A stretch of DNA of 64,000 bases, from positions 1,388 to 65,387 of the forward strand of contig JAYZXD010000018.1 of NCBI GenBank assembly GCA_036141595.1, given 5' to 3'. Position numbers and translations under genes: made by a program. The stretch's first letter is position 1; every line of letters starts with the position of its first letter. Under the pieces are notes generated by a model. The model was given only the letters and a program-made list of their open reading frames with translations. It ran no database searches and had not been told where the DNA came from. Positions 10,064 through 19,200 of this stretch are shown piece by piece. Source of the stretch: Bacteroidota bacterium (lineage in GTDB: Bacteria; Bacteroidota; Bacteroidia; Flavobacteriales; BACL11).

Positions 10064-10789
10064 ATGCGTAATAAAATTATAAATAAACAAATAAGATTAA
10101 TTCTTATATTGGCAGTTCCTATTGTAATTTTACTAGTAACTAAGTGGCACGTTGTAGAAAACCTTCTTCCTAAAATATCTGAAAAAGAAAATCTACCAAC
10201 TCTTGCTAAAATTACAGAAAAACCAATACCCTCATTTGAATTTGTTAATCAAGATAACGAAACCGTCACTAATGAAACGTATAAAGACAAGATATACATC
10301 GTTGATTTTATTTTTACAACTTGTCCTACAATTTGCCCTAAAATGACTTTTCACATGAGACATTTAGTTGAAGAACTGGAAAAATACGATAACGTTGCTT
10401 TTCTGTCTCACACAATCAATCCTGAATATGACACTCCTGATGTTTTAAAAGAATATGCAAAGCAGTTTAGTAATAAAAGAAAAATTAATATGTCTAGATG
10501 GAATTTTGTGACAGGAGAAAAGGATAGTATTTATAAAATTGCTAAATCGTATTTAACTATAGCGGGTGAAGGAGAGGATAATGTAAATCACGCTGATTTT
10601 GGTTTAGTTCATAGTGGGGATTTTATTTTAGTAGATAATAATGGAATAATTAGATCTGGCTATGATCACTTAGGCAATCCTATAGGGTCATATGACGGGA
10701 CAAGCGTTCAAGCAGTAAAGGATTTAATTGTTGATGTTGGTGTCTTGGTAAAAGAAATAAAAAGAAATGAGAAAAATAATACAAAATAA
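10064..10789 (+). CDS. SCO1/SenC family copper chaperone / thiol-disulfide oxidoreductase
   Basis: N-terminal TM anchor and a thioredoxin-fold CxxxCP motif (TTCPTICP) with a downstream His (SHTINPEYD). Confidence 0.88.
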   Translation: MRNKIINKQIRLILILAVPIVILLVTKWHVVENLLPKISEKENLPTLAKITEKPIPSFEFVNQDNETVTNETYKDKIYIVDFIFTTCPTICPKMTFHMRHLVEELEKYDNVAFLSHTINPEYDTPDVLKEYAKQFSNKRKINMSRWNFVTGEKDSIYKIAKSYLTIAGEGEDNVNHADFGLVHSGDFILVDNNGIIRSGYDHLGNPIGSYDGTSVQAVKDLIVDVGVLVKEIKRNEKNNTK

Positions 10790-11012
10790 ATTTATATTAA
10801 TATTTATATTATTGTGTGTATTTACAAATAACGTTTTTACACAATGCGCTATGTGTAAAGCTGTAGTTGAAACTAATCTTGAGTCTGGAGACACAAAGGG
10901 GGCCGGATTAAATGACGGAATATTATTTCTTATGGCGATACCATATTTTTTAATGTTTACTTTTGGACTTTTTTATTATTTAAACAAAAGAAAAATAACT
11001 GAAAAAGCATAA
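10767..11012 (+). CDS. small exported CxxC membrane protein of unknown function
   Basis: 81 aa. It has a signal peptide ending VFT|Q, then CAMC (codons at 10845..10856), one C-terminal TM helix and a basic tail. It overlaps the SCO gene end by 23 nt in another frame and sits between the SCO and heme O synthase genes. Confidence 0.6.
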   Translation: MRKIIQNKFILIFILLCVFTNNVFTQCAMCKAVVETNLESGDTKGAGLNDGILFLMAIPYFLMFTFGLFYYLNKRKITEKA

Positions 11013-11018
11013 TGAAAT

Positions 11019-11909
11019 ATGATTGTTTATTTTGGACAATTATTAAAATTTAAACTTTCAATTACTGTAGTTTTTTCAGCTGTTTGTGGATACCTAATTG
11101 GATTTGATACTTTTAACCTGCACCATTTTTTATATTTAATTTTTGGTGGCTTTCTTGTAACTGGTTCAGCAAATACATTTAATCAAGTAATAGAAAGAGG
11201 TAAAGATAAATTGATGAAAAGGACCTCAGTCAGACCTTTACCTCAAAAAAAATTAAGTTATGTTAATGCTCTAATTTTTGGCATTATTATTGGTGTTATT
11301 GGATTATTAATGCTAAATAATATTAACCCTGAAGATACATTTTACGGCCTGATGTCCAAAGCTGCTTTTTTTGGTTTGCTATCTATTTTTTTATATGTCT
11401 TTTCTTATACCCCTTTGAAAAGGGTATCTACCATTTCTATTTTTGTTGGCGCTATTCCTGGCGCTATTCCTTTCTTGCTCGGATATGTTGCGGCAACAAA
11501 TAACTTTGGTTTAGCTGCAGGATTTCTTTTTGTAATTCAATTTTTATGGCAGTTGCCTCATTTTATTTCCATTGCATGGGTATTGGATGATGAATATAAA
11601 AAAGCAGGCTTTAAAATGTTATTTGGAGGTAAAAAAAATAAATTTCCAGCAATAATCTCTATCTTAACATCTGTTCTTTTAACTTTAGTGTCTATTATTC
11701 CTTTTTTTTATATTAAAGAATTAAATTTATCTTTATTTGCGGCTTTAATTGTATTTTTTCTAGGACTTTGGTTTACTCTAAAATCTATCTTATTGTTAAA
11801 ATACAAAGATGATTTATCTGCAAGAAAACTCATGTTGTCTTCTTTTGCATATCTTCCTCTTGTTCAAATTACCTTTGTTATTGATAAATTGTTGAGGCCT
11901 TACCTCTAA
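11019..11909 (+). CDS. cyoE: protoheme IX farnesyltransferase (heme O synthase)
   Basis: UbiA-family polytopic protein with NQVIERGKDKLMKRTSVRPLP. It lies in the oxidase cluster. Confidence 0.92.
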   Translation: MIVYFGQLLKFKLSITVVFSAVCGYLIGFDTFNLHHFLYLIFGGFLVTGSANTFNQVIERGKDKLMKRTSVRPLPQKKLSYVNALIFGIIIGVIGLLMLNNINPEDTFYGLMSKAAFFGLLSIFLYVFSYTPLKRVSTISIFVGAIPGAIPFLLGYVAATNNFGLAAGFLFVIQFLWQLPHFISIAWVLDDEYKKAGFKMLFGGKKNKFPAIISILTSVLLTLVSIIPFFYIKELNLSLFAALIVFFLGLWFTLKSILLLKYKDDLSARKLMLSSFAYLPLVQITFVIDKLLRPYL

Positions 11910-12906
11910 ATAGAAATAAATTTAAAATTAAAGTCATTAACATAATGAACGCAAGTAGCTGATGAGTCAAAGATAAGAAAAGTGGAGTCCCCATGACAAG
12001 GGTAAGAATTCCAAAAACCATTTGCATAACCACCACTAACAATAATAGTACTATGGCTCTCTTTTGAATCAGTGATAAAATGTGTTTTTTACTACTTACA
12101 AAAATATGTATAGTAAAAATTAACAGTATGATAGCAAGTGTTCTATGAACAAATTGTATTCCGGCTAAACCTTCAACAAAATTCGTCCATAAAGGAGACA
12201 TTGCATACACGGAATCAGGAATCCACTGATCTCCCATTTTTGGCCATGTATTATATATCCTACCAGCTTTTAATCCAGCAATAAATGCTCCATAAACTAT
12301 TTGTATAATACTTAAGATAGTAAGTATTTTTAATTTTTTAAAGATTAATTTATTTTCACCTTTGATTGAGGGTAATAGTAAAGGTAATAATACCCACAAC
12401 AAATAACCACATGTTATAAATGCTGTCGTCAGATGGACAGCAAGTCTGTAGTGACTAACATGCGGATTATCTACTAAGCCGCTCTTTACCATCCACCAGC
12501 CAAAAAATGCTTGTAAAGAACCAAGGATAAATAGTATTAATGACTGTAGCTTTAGTTTTTTTGTCAGTCTTTTTTTTATTAAAAAATAAAAAAAAGGTAT
12601 TATGAAGACTAGCCCTAATAAGCGTCCAATCATACGGTGTAAATACTCCCAAAAAAAGATGAATTTGAAATCTTCAAGAGTATAGTTATAGTTTATTTTT
12701 TTAAATTCAGGAGATTGTTTATATAGTTCAAATGTCTCATTCCATTCAGTTTCACTTAATGGAGGTATTGAGCCCATAAATAGACTCCAGTTAACCATCG
12801 ATAGACCAGAGTCGGTTAGTCTAGTAATTCCGCCTACAATAACCATTATAAATATTAGAAAAAAACCAGAGCTAAGCCAAAATATAACAGATTTATCTTT
12901 TTGCAT
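11878..12906 (-). CDS. ctaA: heme A synthase (COX15/CtaA family)
   Basis: Eight-TM protein with conserved His pairs (EYLHRMIGR, HYRLAVH, FVHRTLA, LTHQLLA). Its 3' end overlaps the cyoE 3' end by 32 nt (convergent). Confidence 0.88.
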   Translation of the reverse strand: MQKDKSVIFWLSSGFFLIFIMVIVGGITRLTDSGLSMVNWSLFMGSIPPLSETEWNETFELYKQSPEFKKINYNYTLEDFKFIFFWEYLHRMIGRLLGLVFIIPFFYFLIKKRLTKKLKLQSLILFILGSLQAFFGWWMVKSGLVDNPHVSHYRLAVHLTTAFITCGYLLWVLLPLLLPSIKGENKLIFKKLKILTILSIIQIVYGAFIAGLKAGRIYNTWPKMGDQWIPDSVYAMSPLWTNFVEGLAGIQFVHRTLAIILLIFTIHIFVSSKKHILSLIQKRAIVLLLLVVVMQMVFGILTLVMGTPLFLSLTHQLLAFIMLMTLILNLFLFRGKASTIYQ

Positions 12907-12919
12907 TGAAACGATAAAT

Positions 12920-13462
12920 TTAAGTGTAAAATGGAGAGATCATAATATATACAATAACGCCTGTAATTGTAACATAAAGCCAAATAGGGAATGTGATTCT
13001 AGCTATTTTTTTATGATTGACAAATTCTTTTTGAAATGCACGAACAAAGCTAATTAAAACTAGAGGAATTAAAGCAATTGACAACAAAATATGAGATATT
13101 AATATAAAGAAGTAGAGATATTTAATAGTGTCAGGGGTATTATTATTACCAAATTCTGTTGGGTCAGTTGTCATGTGATATGCAATGTACATAACCAAAA
13201 ACACTAATGAAAGCGCAATACATGATTTCATCAGTTTTTCGTGTAATTTTCTTTTTCCAGACTTTATTGCAATTAAAGCAATAACTAACAAGAAAGCTGT
13301 TGCTGCATTTATTGTAGCATAAATAGGAGGTAAAAATATTGGTAGTTCGTAATCAACTCTTACTCTAAATAGAATAGCCACAACAATGGGAATCGCTATA
13401 GAAATTAAGCGGATTAAAAGACTGTAGCTTTGTTTTTTATTTGTTTTAATTGAATCATTCAT
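12920..13462 (-). CDS. DUF420 family membrane protein (CtaM-like oxidase accessory factor)
   Basis: 180 aa, four to five TM helices. This family is typically linked to aa3 oxidase or SCO genes. The call rests on context and topology. Confidence 0.6.
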   Translation of the reverse strand: MNDSIKTNKKQSYSLLIRLISIAIPIVVAILFRVRVDYELPIFLPPIYATINAATAFLLVIALIAIKSGKRKLHEKLMKSCIALSLVFLVMYIAYHMTTDPTEFGNNNTPDTIKYLYFFILISHILLSIALIPLVLISFVRAFQKEFVNHKKIARITFPIWLYVTITGVIVYIMISPFYT

Positions 13463-13473
13463 TGTCCATTTTT

Positions 13474-15219
13474 TTAATTTTTTAAATCTAACGATAACTC
13501 ATTTAATTGTTCTTGTGAAAGAAGAGAGGGAGAATTAATCATTGTATCTCTTCCAGAGTTATTTTTTGGAAATGCTATAAAATCTCTAATATTTTCTTGC
13601 CCACCAATTATTGCACACAATCTATCAAATCCGAAAGCAATACCTCCGTGAGGTGGAGCACCATATTCAAATGCTTCCATCAAAAAACCAAATTGCTCTT
13701 TTGCTTCAATATCTGAGAATCCTAAGTGATTAAACATTATTTGTTGTAGTTCTTTATTGTGTATTCTTATACTTCCCCCGCCGATTTCATTTCCATTTAA
13801 AACTAAATCATAAGCATTAGCTCTAACCTTCTCTGGCTCTTTTTCTAACAGATCAAGATCTGCTTTTTTCGGAGCTGTAAATGGATGATGCATAGCGTGA
13901 TATCTTTCACTTTCTTCATCCCATTCTAAAAGTGGAAAATCTACAATCCAAACAGGGGCGAATCTTTCCGGGTCACGTAAATTTAATTCGTTTCCTAGAT
14001 GTAATCTGAGCGCTCCTAGAGCTTTTCTAGTTTTATTTTTTTCTCCAGCCATAATAATTAGCATATCACCATTATTACTGTCCGCTTTATTTCCCCATTC
14101 TTTTTTATCTGTTTCATTAAAAAATTTGTCTATAGAGGATTTCGTTGTATCATCTTCGAGAAATTTACAATAAATAAGACCAGAGGCTCCAATTTGGGGT
14201 TTTTTAACAAATTCAGTTAGTTTGTCAAGTTGTTTTCGAGAATATTTTGAACCCCCTTTAACATTAATTGCGGCAACTAACTCTGAGTTATCAAAAACAC
14301 TAAAGCCTTTTTTTTGACATAAATTAGTTATTTCAACTATTTCCATTCCAAATCTTAAGTCGGGCTTGTCAGTTCCGTATTTTTCCATCGCTTGCTGATA
14401 AGTTAATCTGGCAAATTTTTTGGGCTTTACTCCTTTAATGGTTTGTAATAAGTGTTGAGTCAAGCCTTCAAAAGTATTTAATATTTCTTCTTGTGTTACA
14501 AATGACATTTCACAGTCTATTTGCGTGAATTCAGGTTGTCTGTCTGACCTAAGGTCTTCATCTCTAAAACATTTTACAATTTGATAATACTTATCGATTC
14601 CAGAAACCATTAGCAATTGTTTAAATGTTTGAGGTGATTGGGGAAGAGCATAAAATTGACCTTCATTCATTCTGCTTGGTACAACAAAGTCTCTGGCTCC
14701 CTCAGGAGTAGACTTAATTAGATAAGGAGTTTCAACCTCAATAAAACCTTGTGCATCTAAATATTTTCTACTTTCAGAAGAGACTTTTGCTCTTAAGATT
14801 AGCTTATCTTTTATAGGATTTCTTCTTATGTCAAGATATCTATATTTCATTCTGAGCTCTTCTCCGCCATCTGTGTTATCTTCTATTGTAAACGGGGGTG
14901 TTTTGGAGCGATTTAAAATCGTTAGTTCATTTACCTCAATTTCAATTTCTCCAGTAAAAATTTTACTGTTTTTGGATTGTCTTTCAATTACCAAACCTTT
15001 TGCTTGTATTACAAATTCGCGATTTAATTTTCTTGCTTCAAGACATGAATTTTCATTTTTTTCAACATCAAATGCAAGCTGAGTAATTCCATACCTATCT
15101 CGTAAATCTATAAAAGTCATTCCTCCCAAATCTCTAGTTCTTTGAACCCATCCACAAAGAACTACAGTTTCACCAACATTCTCGATACTTAAACTATTAC
15201 AATTGTGGGTTCTTAACAT
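13474..15219 (-). CDS. aspS: aspartate--tRNA ligase
   Basis: Class II motifs [18 protein letters not shown] and GGGSIR, an N-terminal OB anticodon-binding domain, and a bacterial-type insertion domain. Confidence 0.96.
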   Translation of the reverse strand: MLRTHNCNSLSIENVGETVVLCGWVQRTRDLGGMTFIDLRDRYGITQLAFDVEKNENSCLEARKLNREFVIQAKGLVIERQSKNSKIFTGEIEIEVNELTILNRSKTPPFTIEDNTDGGEELRMKYRYLDIRRNPIKDKLILRAKVSSESRKYLDAQGFIEVETPYLIKSTPEGARDFVVPSRMNEGQFYALPQSPQTFKQLLMVSGIDKYYQIVKCFRDEDLRSDRQPEFTQIDCEMSFVTQEEILNTFEGLTQHLLQTIKGVKPKKFARLTYQQAMEKYGTDKPDLRFGMEIVEITNLCQKKGFSVFDNSELVAAINVKGGSKYSRKQLDKLTEFVKKPQIGASGLIYCKFLEDDTTKSSIDKFFNETDKKEWGNKADSNNGDMLIIMAGEKNKTRKALGALRLHLGNELNLRDPERFAPVWIVDFPLLEWDEESERYHAMHHPFTAPKKADLDLLEKEPEKVRANAYDLVLNGNEIGGGSIRIHNKELQQIMFNHLGFSDIEAKEQFGFLMEAFEYGAPPHGGIAFGFDRLCAIIGGQENIRDFIAFPKNNSGRDTMINSPSLLSQEQLNELSLDLKN

Positions 15220-15237
15220 GTTCTAATTTTATCAGTG

Positions 15238-15245
15238 CAAATTTA
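15238..15245 (-). promoter_or_regulatory. -7 element upstream of aspS
   Basis: Plus strand caaattta is TAAATTTG on the minus strand, 19 nt upstream of the aspS start (15219). Confidence 0.4.
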
Positions 15246-15251
15246 ACACAT

Positions 15252-15259
15252 TAGTTTTG
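15252..15259 (+). promoter_or_regulatory. -7 element upstream of tadA
   Basis: TAGTTTTG ends 12 nt before the tadA ATG (15272). It sits back to back with the aspS element in a 52-nt divergent gap. Confidence 0.4.
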
Positions 15260-15271
15260 TAATTTAGCACA

Positions 15272-15718
15272 ATGGAACTAAATCCTTTAAATGATTTATA
15301 TTTTATGAAGGAAGCTTTAAAAGAAGCTCAAAAAGCTTTTGATTTGAATGAAGTTCCTGTTGGCTGTGTAATAGTTTGTGAAAATAAAATAATTGCTAGA
15401 TCACATAATCAGACCTATAGATTAAATGACGCAACTGCTCACGCTGAAGTAATAGCGATCACCGCTGCCTCTGGTTATTTGGGTAGTAAGTACTTGTCAG
15501 ATTGTACAATGTATGTGACTTTGGAGCCTTGTATCATGTGCGCTGGTGCCGCTTACTGGGCTCAATTTAAAAAAATAGTTTTTGGGGCACGAGACTTGAA
15601 CAGAGGCTATTTGTCTTTACCAAAAAGTATATTACACCCAAAAACAGAAGTTGTTAGAAACATACTTAGTAAGCAAAGCACCAAATTATTACATGATTTT
15701 TTTAAGAATAAAAGATAA
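15272..15718 (+). CDS. tadA: tRNA adenosine(34) deaminase
   Basis: CDA-fold zinc motifs HAE (TAHAEVIAI) and PCxxC (EPCIMCAGA), about 148 aa. Confidence 0.92.
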   Translation: MELNPLNDLYFMKEALKEAQKAFDLNEVPVGCVIVCENKIIARSHNQTYRLNDATAHAEVIAITAASGYLGSKYLSDCTMYVTLEPCIMCAGAAYWAQFKKIVFGARDLNRGYLSLPKSILHPKTEVVRNILSKQSTKLLHDFFKNKR

Positions 15719-15724
15719 ATAAGC

Positions 15725-15732
15725 TATTTTTG
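15725..15732 (+). promoter_or_regulatory. -7 element upstream of the bacilliredoxin gene
   Basis: TATTTTTG ends 19 nt before the ATG at 15752. Confidence 0.4.
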
Positions 15733-15751
15733 TTTCAAAATTACATTTGAC

Positions 15752-16171
15752 ATGAATTATCCAGAAGAAATTTGCGCCCCAATGCGTGCTGAATTAACAG
15801 ATGTAGGTTTTATAGAACTTAAAACCACAGATGATGTCACAACATTACTAGAAAAAAAAGAAGGGACATTATTATTAATGGTCAACTCTGTTTGTGGATG
15901 TGCGGCAGGAAATGCTAGACCTGCAGTAAAAATGGCCACAGAATTTGAAAAAAAGCCAGATGTTTTTGCTACTGTTTTTGCTGGACAAGATATTGGTGCC
16001 ACTGCAAAGGCGAGAGAGTACATGTTGCCTTATCCACCATCTTCTCCATCTATCGCAGTTTTTAAAGAAGGAAAGTTAGTCCACTTTATTGAAAGACATC
16101 ACATCGAAGGTAGAGCCGCAGAGATGATAGCTGACAATTTAAAAGGCTGCTTTGATCAAATTTGCGAATAA
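15752..16171 (+). CDS. BrxA/BrxB-type bacilliredoxin (YphP/YqiW, DUF1094)
   Basis: 139 aa thioredoxin-like protein with the family-typical NSVCGCAAGNARP (CGC) active site. Confidence 0.8.
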   Translation: MNYPEEICAPMRAELTDVGFIELKTTDDVTTLLEKKEGTLLLMVNSVCGCAAGNARPAVKMATEFEKKPDVFATVFAGQDIGATAKAREYMLPYPPSSPSIAVFKEGKLVHFIERHHIEGRAAEMIADNLKGCFDQICE

Positions 16172-16298
16172 TAAGTTACATAAAAATTATTTAAATTAAA
16201 GCTCATATTTTATCTAAATAATTTAATCTTAGCACTAGTAATCAAAAAATTTGTATCTTGCGAGAATAAATTAAAAGACCTAAAACTTTTTAAATCAT

Positions 16299-19200
16299 AT
16301 GAAGAAGATATTTCTTTTGACTACATTAATTTTATTATTTTGTTCAGCTATTTTGACTGCACAACCAATTAATTTGTCAACCTCAAATGTAACAGCTTCG
16401 GGTGCTGTGTTAGCTTGGGATGCCAGCACCTGCTCTGGCAATGTAGTACTACATTATAAAGAAGTAACAGCCTCATGGCCTGGCAATTCTGTCAATCCAG
16501 CTGTTTCACCTTTTTCTTTATCATCATTATCAGCTAACACAGATTACGAGTGGAGAGTAAAGTGTGCTGGAACATCAGGCCCCAATGCTTGGTCAAATAC
16601 ACAGCAATTTACTACTTCTTCATCTGGGCCAACTATTGATAGTGCATTTATTACTCAGCCGATTTTATGTTTTGGAGGCTTCGCTAATGATGAAATGCAA
16701 ATAAACATAAATCAGACTGTGCCTTCAACATCATACTCATGTGTTATTGGTTTTTATGCAGGAGCCACAACATATTTTATATCATATGAAAGTACAAATC
16801 AAACATCTGCTACACAGCTCAATTTAAATGCATTCAACCCTAATGTTAGTTATTTTGTAAGACTCGTTGATTCAACTGCATATTATAATGGTAATGGAGG
16901 TACTGCAAGCGGCTCAAGTACTGTTGGGGTTTATGACGAGTTTGGACCACTTCTTTTCACCCAACCACCTCAACTTACAGCAACAACATCAGTTGTTTCA
17001 AGTAATCAGTGTACTGGCGATTGTATTGCAGAGGAGACCTTATTAGTTTCAGGTGGAACTGGGCCATATTCTTTTACAGTTAACTCTGGTGCAGCTATAA
17101 ATTTACCATCTGGTACTTCAACATATTCCTTTGTTGCACTATGTAACGGCACATATGATATTATTGCTACGGATTCAAATGGATGTTCTACATCTCCATC
17201 AACAACTTCATTCACTATTGCGCCAATTAGCCCAATTAGCCCAAATGGGACTGTAACTGTTTTTAATCAGAATGGTTTTAATGTTTCTTGTAATGGAGCT
17301 AATGACGGTTCTATTTTTGCATCTGCTTCTGGTGGAACAGGTACTTTTACCTATTCTCTTGATGGAGTTAATTTTCAGTCATCGCCGACTTTCTCAGCTT
17401 TATCAGCCGGAACATACACTGTTACATACAAGGACGCTAATGGTTGTATTGAAACAGAAGTATTAACTTTAAATGAGCCACCACCACTTTCTGGAACGGC
17501 AAGTGTAAGTCAAGACGTTGATTGTTATGGATTTGCAACAGGACAACTTATTTTTTTAGTTGATCAGGCACAGCCTGGAACACCAGCGTATCAATATTCA
17601 TTAAACAACGGATTAAGTTATCAAAGTTCAAATATATTTACAGCACTTTTAGGAGATAGTACATATGATGTTATGATTGAAGATAATAATGGTTGCCAGT
17701 ACACTTCAAGTGTTTATCTCGCACAGCCAACACAAATAAATTATCTTTCTATATTGTCTGATTATAATGGTTTTAACATATCTTGTAATGGTCTTTCTGA
17801 CGGAGATATATTATTATCTGCTAATGGAGGTGCTGCAGGCTTTACATATTCAATTGATGGAAATAATTTTCAAACATCAGGATCTTTTAATGGATTATCT
17901 GCTGGTAACTTAACTGTCGTTTATAAAGACACAAATGGTTGCACAGCCACGGAACAGGTGACATTAATTGAGCCTGGCGTTTTCACAATTCCTTTTACTG
18001 TTAGTAACAACATTCTTTGTCCAGAAGATTGTACAGGTGCAATATCCATTAACCCATCAAATTCTGTAGGTCAAGTTTTATACAGTTTGGATTCAGGAAT
18101 ACAGCAAACCACACCTTTTTATTCAGGTTTGTGTGGCGATATTACTCAAGGCTCATATAATCTTAACGCGATAGATGAAAATGGCTGTATTGCAAATACT
18201 ATTTTTTCAATTAATGAGCCCCCTGCTTTTGTGTATACAACATCTTCTACTGACGAATCATGTTCTCCTCCAGATGGCCAAGCACAAATTGATGTAACTG
18301 CAGGAGGAACAGGAGGTTTGTCTTACAGCTGGAATACTAATCCGCAACAAAATACATTTGTTGCAAACAATTTGTCGTCTGGAAATTACCTTGTAACTGT
18401 TACCGATGGAAATGGTTGCTCTTTTTCAGAGTCTGTGTCTGTTGGTTTTTCACCAGCTTTCAGCCTTAACTTTACCACTGTATCTCCGTGTTTAGGACCT
18501 AATAGTGGAAGTGCAACTGTTTTTTCTTCAGGTGCAATTGGAAACCTATCATATCAGTGGAGTGATAACAATGGCCCTATAGCTACAGGCTTAACTGCAA
18601 CACTAAATAATGTTCCAACTGGAACATATTTTGTTAATGTTACAGATGCTACTGGTTGTGCTATTTCAGCAAGTGTAGATATCGATGACCCAATAAATCC
18701 AATAAAATTTGATACTATTCTTATATCTCAAAATAGTTGTTATGGAGTTGATGACGCACAAATAGAAGTCGTTGCATCTGGCGGTCAACAACCATATTTA
18801 TATTCAAATGGATCGTTAACATCGCCTCAGATTAATCCTGTATTTGGACTTTTGGCACCAAATTCGTATACAATAACGGTAACTGATGACAATGGATGTT
18901 TTGTTGACACTATAATTGATATCATCTATCCAGATTTACTTGAAATAGATAGCACTCATTTTACTAATGTTTCATGTTACGGAGCTGAGGATGCTGAAAT
19001 CTTAGCAATTGATGTTTTAGGAGGAACAGCTCCTTTTGAATATTCTGTTAATGGGTCAACGCATTATACAAATATGGCCTACTTTAACGGATATGGACCA
19101 GGCACATACACTGTGGAAGTTTATGATATAAATAATTGTGTTGCTGCAGATTATATTATAATTAATGAGCCCGATGAATTATTAGTAGATATTACAACAT

